In this document: piece by piece, positions 26,672 to 32,000 of the stretch
Layout: each line of letters opens with the position of its first letter
How positions within the stretch are numbered: the first letter of the stretch is position 1
Source: Crocosphaera subtropica ATCC 51142
Lineage (GTDB): Bacteria; Cyanobacteriota; Cyanobacteriia; Cyanobacteriales; Microcystaceae
Assembly (NCBI RefSeq): GCF_000017845.1
Contig: NC_010546.1
Span: 180,001 to 212,000 of the forward strand
DNA: 32,000 bases
Direction of reading: 5' to 3'
The notes under the pieces: model-generated
Databases searched by the model: none
Seen by the model: only the letters and a program-made list of their open reading frames with translations
What the model was told of the DNA's origin: nothing
Program-made: the position numbers and the translations under genes

Positions 26672-27682
26672 ATGGTAACTCAGAAAACAACAACAAAAGA
26701 CATAGGTTTCACGCACGAAGACTTTGCGGCTCTGCTCGACAAATACGATTATCATTTTAGTCCTGGGGATATTGTGCCTGGGACGGTTTTCAGTATGGAA
26801 CCGAGAGGAGCATTAATTGACATTGGCGCAAAAACGGCTGCTTATATTCCCATCCAAGAAATGTCAATTAACCGAGTGGATGACCCTGATGAAGTCCTCC
26901 AGTCCAACGAAACAAGAGAATTTTTCATCCTCACCGATGAAAACGAAGATGGGCAGTTAACCCTATCCATTCGTCGTATCGAGTATATGCGAGCTTGGGA
27001 ACGGGTGCGTCAACTACAGGCAGAAGATGCCACCGTGCGTTCTAATGTCTTTGCCACTAACCGAGGCGGTGCCTTGGTGAGAATTGAAGGGTTACGGGGC
27101 TTTATTCCTGGATCTCATATTAGTACCCGTGAAGCTAAAGAAGATTTAGTCGGGGAAGAATTGCCCTTAAAATTTTTAGAAGTGGATGAAGAGCGCAACC
27201 GCTTAGTTCTCAGTCACCGTCGCGCACTAGTAGAACGGAAGATGAACGGCTTAGAAGTGGGTCAAGTGGTCATTGGTTCTGTCCGTGGTATCAAACCCTA
27301 CGGAGCATTTATCGATATTGGCGGAGTTAGTGGACTGCTACATATTTCTGAAATTTCCCATGATCATATTGATACCCCTCACAGTGTCTTTGGGGTCAAC
27401 GATGAATTAAAAGTTATGATCATTGACCTTGATGCTGAGAGAGGCCGCATTTCCCTATCGACAAAACAACTAGAACCGGAAGCCGGTGATATGTTAAAGA
27501 ATCGGGATTTAGTCTTTGAAAAAGCAGAAGAAATGGCTGAAAAATATCGTCAGAAGCTGTTAGCTGAAGCACAAGGACAAGAAATGCCCACAGAGGAGAA
27601 TTTAGAGGAAATTCCTACCGCCTCTGATAATGATGAATCCCAAGAGGAATTAGCTGCCACTGCTAGTACAACCGAAGAATAG
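26672..27682 (+). CDS. rpsA: 30S ribosomal protein S1 (cyanobacterial short form, three to four S1 domains)
   Basis: MVTQKTTTKDIGFTHEDFAALLDKYDYHFSPGDIVPGTVFSMEPRGALIDIGAKTAAYIPIQEMS matches the conserved N-terminus of cyanobacterial S1 as I recall it. Repeated S1 OB-fold motifs follow (GSV...KPYGAFIDIGGVSGLLHISE). I prefer the ATG at 26672 over the TTG at 26603 used by the ORF track. Confidence 0.9.
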   Translation: MVTQKTTTKDIGFTHEDFAALLDKYDYHFSPGDIVPGTVFSMEPRGALIDIGAKTAAYIPIQEMSINRVDDPDEVLQSNETREFFILTDENEDGQLTLSIRRIEYMRAWERVRQLQAEDATVRSNVFATNRGGALVRIEGLRGFIPGSHISTREAKEDLVGEELPLKFLEVDEERNRLVLSHRRALVERKMNGLEVGQVVIGSVRGIKPYGAFIDIGGVSGLLHISEISHDHIDTPHSVFGVNDELKVMIIDLDAERGRISLSTKQLEPEAGDMLKNRDLVFEKAEEMAEKYRQKLLAEAQGQEMPTEENLEEIPTASDNDESQEELAATASTTEE

Positions 27683-27697
27683 ATAAGCTTATCGTAA

Positions 27698-27755
27698 GAC
27701 CGCAACAAAACTACAACTTTATTTAACATCGTTAGGTTGTAGATAAATTGCGGTC
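27698..27755 (+). other. Extended 58-nt imperfect hairpin in the rpsA 3' region
   Basis: The outer stem pairs GACCGCAA (27698-27705) with TTGCGGTC (27748-27755). The inner stem pairs CTACAAC (27711-27717) with GTTGTAG (27736-27742). A symmetric 5/5 internal loop separates the stems, and the terminal loop is 18 nt. No U-tract follows. Confidence 0.4.
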
Positions 27756-27815
27756 TACCTATGATAAAGTTAACCTACAAACCAAAGGAACTCAACCTAA
27801 ATTATTGAATAGATG

Positions 27816-27841
27816 AAGAGGAAATATGACCTCTTTTTTTT
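27816..27841 (+). terminator. Intrinsic terminator downstream of rpsA
   Basis: AAGAGG (27816-27821) pairs with CCTCTT (27830-27835) around an 8-nt loop, and the second arm runs into a T-run through 27841. Confidence 0.55.
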
Positions 27842-28136
27842 ATCTTTACTTAACATCAAGATTCAAATCGTCTCAGAAGATAAAAATATATAAACCTATC
27901 GTGAGAATTGTAATTAATTGTAAGGGATCAAGCCTTCTAAAGTAAAAGTAAGGACAGATTGATTAAAATGGGGAAAGGCATATTCTCTCGTCTCCAGATT
28001 ATGAACAGCACAAGGATGAAAATTAACCTTGAACGTTGCTCAGTCTATACCAGACCCATTACGAAAAACAACAGTTCTAATTTAACCGAGTCAGACTATC
28101 GATATTCTTTGCCAAACCACTTCTCCCATAGCTTCA

Positions 28137-30644
28137 ATGCTTACCCTCAAACAATTTCTATATTCAGTCCCTATCTGTACCCCTCCTATTACCTATCAAA
28201 AACTACGAAACCTATTTCAATTGAGTCAGCAGGGTCATGATAGGGTAGTCGTTGTTAATGCACAGGGAATTCCTTTAGGTATCATTTTTAGTCATGATTT
28301 CCTGCTAACCCTTCTGGATGAGGCTGTGGTCACTTCCTCCTCAAGTAAGACTGAAATGTCAAGGTGGAGACATTCCCTTGGGTCAGGGGTTCAGTGGAAT
28401 TGGGAAACTTGTGTGACTCCTTTAACCCTGATTCCGTCTCATCTCAGGGTTTCTGATTTTGCTCATTTTCTCAACACTAATCCACAACTAGCCAAACCAC
28501 CAACCTATGGACTGGTCAATGAATGTGGGCAATTTTTAGGATTATTAGATAGTTGGCAAATCCTTCGAGCGGTTTTAGTCGAGAATGGTAGTCCTCAACA
28601 AGAGTTAGCATCAGCTAAAAACTTAATCAAAGAACTCTTAGAAGAACTACCTTTACCTGTGATGCTACAAACTCACCAGGGAGAGATTATTCAACAAAAT
28701 CGAACGTGGCGGGAGCAAATTGGGGAATTGCTTCCGCCAGATAATGCAACGGCCTGTCCTTTGCCCCACGAAACCATGAATCGGCTAGAAAACAAAAAGA
28801 TGAGTTCAGAGCATAACGATGATCTCAATCATAAGATGGCTTCCATCACGGATATGGCTTGCGATCAATGGTTAAACCCACCAACTGATAATTGGGACTT
28901 TCCTCTTTCTTCCCTTCCCAATGATAGCCCTGAAAGTTTCGTCGATGAGGATAGTTTAGACATTCAACCCTCACCGATTCCTGATCAAGATAAGGTTTGG
29001 CAATTTATTAAATGTCCTTTAACAACAGATAAACTGCCTATTCCCATTTCGATTTTTGTTGCGACTGATGTCACCCAACAACAGCAATTGTGCCAAGAAT
29101 TGGCCGCTAAAAACGCCGATTTAGTCCAACTCAATCGACTCAAAGATGAATTTCTCGCCTGCATTAGCCATGAACTTAAATCACCATTAACTGCAGTAGT
29201 GGGATTATCAAGCCTTCTGCAAGAAGAAAAAATTGGTGATCTGAACCCTCGTCAAGTTCACTACGCTCAGTTAATTTACCGCAGTGGTCGTCAACTGATG
29301 ACTTTGGTTAACGATCTATTAGATTTAACACGGTTAGAAACAGGACAATTAAAATTATCCTTTAGCCCCGTCAATATTCAAGAAATTTGTCACCGGGCTT
29401 ATCATTCGATTGCTGAAAAATATAAAGGTAAATCCGATAAACCTCTTGATTTTAGTTTAGATATCGAAGTAGGGTTACATCAGTTATTAGCCGATGAATT
29501 ACGACTCCATCAAATGTTGGTGCATTTGTTGGATAATGCCATGAAATTTACCCAAACCGGCGGAAAATTTGGGTTAAAAGTCAGTCGTTGGGAAGATTGG
29601 CTGGCTTTTACCGTGTGGGATACGGGAATTGGTATTCCTGAAGAATCTCAACATTTAATTTTTCAAAAGTTTCAACAATTAGAAAATCCCCTAACACGAC
29701 AATTTGAAGGAACAGGATTGGGGTTAGTTTTGACTCAACGCTTAGCCAGGGCTCACGGAGGAGATATTTCTTTTGTCTCTAAAGCTGGTCAAGGAAGTCA
29801 ATTTACCTTGCTATTACCCCCATCTCCCAACCGAGAACAGCGATCGCTGCCTCTTCAGTCCTCTAATCCTGTCATCCTCATTGTTGAGGCTATTCCTCAA
29901 TCCATTGAGGCTCTAATGGATAAGTTGACCCAATTAGGATATCGTGTGGTGATTGCTCGCACAGGAACCGAAGCGGTGGAAAAGGCAAGGCAACTCAGAC
30001 CTTATGCAATTTTCTTGAATCCCTTATTACCTCTGTTATCAGGATGGGATGTTTTGACTTTATTGAAATCTGATCTTCAAACCCGAAATATTCGGGTTTT
30101 TGTCACACAAACCCAAGGTAATCAATTACTAGGAGAACACCGTTGCGCCGATGGATTTATCAAGGTTCCCTCTGATTTAGAAACCCTTAAACAATGTTTA
30201 AAACCCGTACAAGCGCTCGTTAACCCTGAAACTCGTTCTTTAACCATTCTGAGTTTAATTCCTAATGTGTCGCAAGGGGATACAGAAACGATACCCCTGA
30301 CCTCTAGAGTAGAACGGACTTTAATTGCTCAATTATCTCAGTTCAATCACCGTATATTAGAAGCCGACGATCTTGAACAAGCTTGTCTGTTAGTCAGTGT
30401 CTGGGATATTGATGTGATCGTTTTGGATGGACAATTTTTAGATCATCCTCAAGATTATCTGCGATCGCTGGCTCAAAATCCCGACATCTCAACGTTACCC
30501 TTAGTCATTTTAGATGTTCCTAGCGCACAGGCAGCTAATACTATAGAAGGGTTATCAGTATTTCCTTGTTTAATTTCTGATAGTAAGCAGCAAATTTCTC
30601 AACTTTGGCAAGTGATTGCTATTGCTGCTGATCACCATAATTAA
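28137..30644 (+). CDS. Hybrid sensor histidine kinase: CBS pair, PAS-like region, HisKA, HATPase_c, degenerate receiver and a second receiver-like C-terminal domain
   Basis: The CBS-like segments are RVVVVNAQGIPLGIIFSHDFLLTLL and GLVNECGQFLGLLDSWQILRAV. The H-box is FLACISHELKSPLTAV, the N-box LLDNAMKFT, G1 VWDTGIGIP and G2 GTGLGLVL. A receiver-like fold starts at PVILIVEA. The start codon is not certain. Confidence 0.85.
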   Translation: MLTLKQFLYSVPICTPPITYQKLRNLFQLSQQGHDRVVVVNAQGIPLGIIFSHDFLLTLLDEAVVTSSSSKTEMSRWRHSLGSGVQWNWETCVTPLTLIPSHLRVSDFAHFLNTNPQLAKPPTYGLVNECGQFLGLLDSWQILRAVLVENGSPQQELASAKNLIKELLEELPLPVMLQTHQGEIIQQNRTWREQIGELLPPDNATACPLPHETMNRLENKKMSSEHNDDLNHKMASITDMACDQWLNPPTDNWDFPLSSLPNDSPESFVDEDSLDIQPSPIPDQDKVWQFIKCPLTTDKLPIPISIFVATDVTQQQQLCQELAAKNADLVQLNRLKDEFLACISHELKSPLTAVVGLSSLLQEEKIGDLNPRQVHYAQLIYRSGRQLMTLVNDLLDLTRLETGQLKLSFSPVNIQEICHRAYHSIAEKYKGKSDKPLDFSLDIEVGLHQLLADELRLHQMLVHLLDNAMKFTQTGGKFGLKVSRWEDWLAFTVWDTGIGIPEESQHLIFQKFQQLENPLTRQFEGTGLGLVLTQRLARAHGGDISFVSKAGQGSQFTLLLPPSPNREQRSLPLQSSNPVILIVEAIPQSIEALMDKLTQLGYRVVIARTGTEAVEKARQLRPYAIFLNPLLPLLSGWDVLTLLKSDLQTRNIRVFVTQTQGNQLLGEHRCADGFIKVPSDLETLKQCLKPVQALVNPETRSLTILSLIPNVSQGDTETIPLTSRVERTLIAQLSQFNHRILEADDLEQACLLVSVWDIDVIVLDGQFLDHPQDYLRSLAQNPDISTLPLVILDVPSAQAANTIEGLSVFPCLISDSKQQISQLWQVIAIAADHHN

Positions 30645-30664
30645 TCAATGCTTCTACTTTGAAG

Positions 30665-30748
30665 AAGTCTCTAAGCTCTTAAGCATTCAATTTAATTTTA
30701 GAATATGTCGTTTAAATGTTGGTTAGCTTAGTAACTTTTGAGAATTGG
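30665..30748 (+). repeat. Copy B of the short dispersed repeat, interrupted by a 55-bp segment flanked by TA
   Basis: aagtctcTA (30665-30673), then 55 bp (30674-30728, beginning and ending AGCT), then TAgtaacttttgagaattgg (30729-30748). Together the flanks equal the reverse complement of the contiguous 27-mer at 26241-26267, with the TA dinucleotide present once in A and twice in B. Confidence 0.75.
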
Positions 30749-30914
30749 TATGATTAAGTATCTAATCGTTAAGATAATTTTTACTCAAAAAATTTGTCTT
30801 AATTAATTGAAAAAAGTAATTTTTTTCTGACTTTAGGTAGAGTGGTGGCTTCTAAATACTTGTTTAGATGGGAAGTAAGAAAATTTACTTTGTTGTCATT
30901 ATTTATAACCGTCT

Positions 30915-31310
30915 ATGTCACCAGAAGCAAAACCCCCCACAGTAAACCAAACAAGTCTTGAACAAACTCTTCCTATTCCCCCTGAGCAACAAATGCCAGT
31001 GTCTAGCCCTCAAGCTCTGAAACAACGCTTAGAATGGGGTGAACCTGCGTTAACGATTCTCGATGCTCGTGATAATGAATCATTTTTAGAAGAACATATT
31101 ACAGGGGCAATGCTACTGGAATTTGTCGAAGATAGTCTTTCTTCTATGTCTGATGATCGGGATATTTATGTTTATGCAGACGGAGAAGAAAATGCGAAAC
31201 AAGCAGCCGAAAAATTGCGAAATAAAGGTTTTAACCGTGTTTCTCGCATTGAAGGCGGTTTAGCAAACTGGAAAAGCATTGCCGGGCCGACAGAAGGGAG
31301 AGCAGCATAA
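30915..31310 (+). CDS. Rhodanese-homology domain protein lacking the catalytic cysteine
   Basis: The rhodanese pattern is ILDARDNESFLEEHITGAM .... IYVYADGEENAKQAAEKLRNKGFNRVSRIEGGLANW. The 131-aa translation contains no cysteine at all. The active-site loop position reads ADGEENA instead of CxxGxR. Confidence 0.7.
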   Translation: MSPEAKPPTVNQTSLEQTLPIPPEQQMPVSSPQALKQRLEWGEPALTILDARDNESFLEEHITGAMLLEFVEDSLSSMSDDRDIYVYADGEENAKQAAEKLRNKGFNRVSRIEGGLANWKSIAGPTEGRAA

Positions 31311-31457
31311 TTTTCAGTAGTGGTTTGAATCAACCAAATACTATTAGAAGAATTGGGTTAGGTTTTGACTGAATAATTAATAATTCAGGTTTAAAGCCTC
31401 CCCTTTTAATAATTCTCAGTAGCTCAGTGACCAGTGACCGAAAACTAAAGAACATTC

Positions 31458-32000
31458 ATGGAAGAACTCACAGGAAAAAATATTTTAGTGACCGGAGCGA
31501 CTTCTGGTATTGGACAGGCGATCGCAGCGCGTTTAGTGGCTGAAGGTTCTAATGTTGCTTTAAACTATCGTAACGATATTAATAAGCTTGACGATACAAA
31601 AAAGATGATAGAAAAAATGACTTCTAAAATGGATAATAAAGGAGGTCAGTATCTACCTGTGGAAGGGGATGTTTCTGAAGAAAAAGATATCTTGAGAATG
31701 TATGATGAAGTGATAAAAAAATGGGGAAGTTTAGATATTTTAGTTAATAATGCAGGGATTCAAATTTATGATCCCTCTGAGCAAGTGGAAACCGATGATT
31801 TTGATAAGGTAATTAATGTTAATCTTCGGGGGGCTTATCTATGTGCTAGAGAAGCCATTCAACACTTTTTAAACACAGAAAAAAAGGGAATTATTCTTAA
31901 CGTTTCGAGTGTCCATGAAATCATTCCTAGACCTCAATATGTCAGCTATGCTATTAGTAAGGGTGGGATAAAAAGTATGACCCAAACTTTAGCATTAGAA
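31458..32000 (+). CDS. Short-chain dehydrogenase/reductase (SDR; glucose-1-dehydrogenase/FabG-like), 3' end outside the window
   Basis: This ORF is not in the supplied track because it has no stop inside the window. The ATG at 31458 opens a frame that stays open for 181 codons to nt 32000. It encodes MEELTGKNILVTGATSGIGQAIAARL (TGxxxGxG), LVNNAGI, VSSVHE and the YAISK (YxxxK) catalytic motif. Confidence 0.8.
   Translation, partial: MEELTGKNILVTGATSGIGQAIAARLVAEGSNVALNYRNDINKLDDTKKMIEKMTSKMDNKGGQYLPVEGDVSEEKDILRMYDEVIKKWGSLDILVNNAGIQIYDPSEQVETDDFDKVINVNLRGAYLCAREAIQHFLNTEKKGIILNVSSVHEIIPRPQYVSYAISKGGIKSMTQTLALE

Noticed and set aside
27959-28240. 93-aa ORF overlapping the start of the histidine kinase gene
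   Set aside because: The translation is low-complexity and S/N/Y-rich with no recognisable motif. It overlaps the kinase start in another frame and lies in AT-rich promoter DNA, so it is most likely a chance ORF.
1-32000. CRISPR arrays, rRNA/tRNA genes, IS elements or prophage genes
   Set aside because: I found no regularly spaced direct repeats, no rRNA-like or cloverleaf-compatible sequences, and no transposase, integrase or phage structural ORFs in the six-frame track or by eye.

Overview
This is a cyanobacterial chromosomal segment. I hand-counted at least 20 copies of the HIP1 octamer GCGATCGC, and the window carries chlI and a cyanobacterial-type S1. It is AT-rich, possibly from a unicellular Cyanothece/Crocosphaera-like genome, but the species cannot be determined from the sequence alone. 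About 26 kb is ordinary core genome: an RND pump 3' end, a DUF1400 alpha/beta hydrolase, crcB, a LysR regulator, chlI, an AI-2E transporter, an S9 peptidase, a NifS/IscS-like cysteine desulfurase, a stand-alone fatty acyl-AMP ligase, a Zn-ADH, an SRPBCC protein, tsaD, an MscS channel, cysK, rpsD, rpsA, a CBS-PAS hybrid histidine kinase, a Cys-less rhodanese and an SDR. The accessory part is a ~6 kb insertion between cysK and rpsD (about 19.5-25.4 kb). It carries four co-directional genes, an HNH nuclease followed by dndC, dndD and dndE, and ends in a decayed DUF29 gene. This is a minimal DNA phosphorothioation cluster. It has no dndA, dndB or dndFGH/pbe restriction genes, the HNH nuclease sits where dndB normally lies, and the spacers inside the cluster are unusually long. 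It is my best candidate for an undescribed defence-type arrangement. Secondary observations are a short dispersed repeat in the rpsA and rhodanese upstream regions (one copy carries a TA-flanked 55-bp insertion), an orphan plus-strand terminator, a possible Zn-ribbon/ParE-like orphan gene, a low-complexity insert in the FAAL, and degenerate signalling domains. I saw no rRNA, tRNA, CRISPR array, transposase or integrase. All calls come from reading the translations and sequence by eye. No database search was run.
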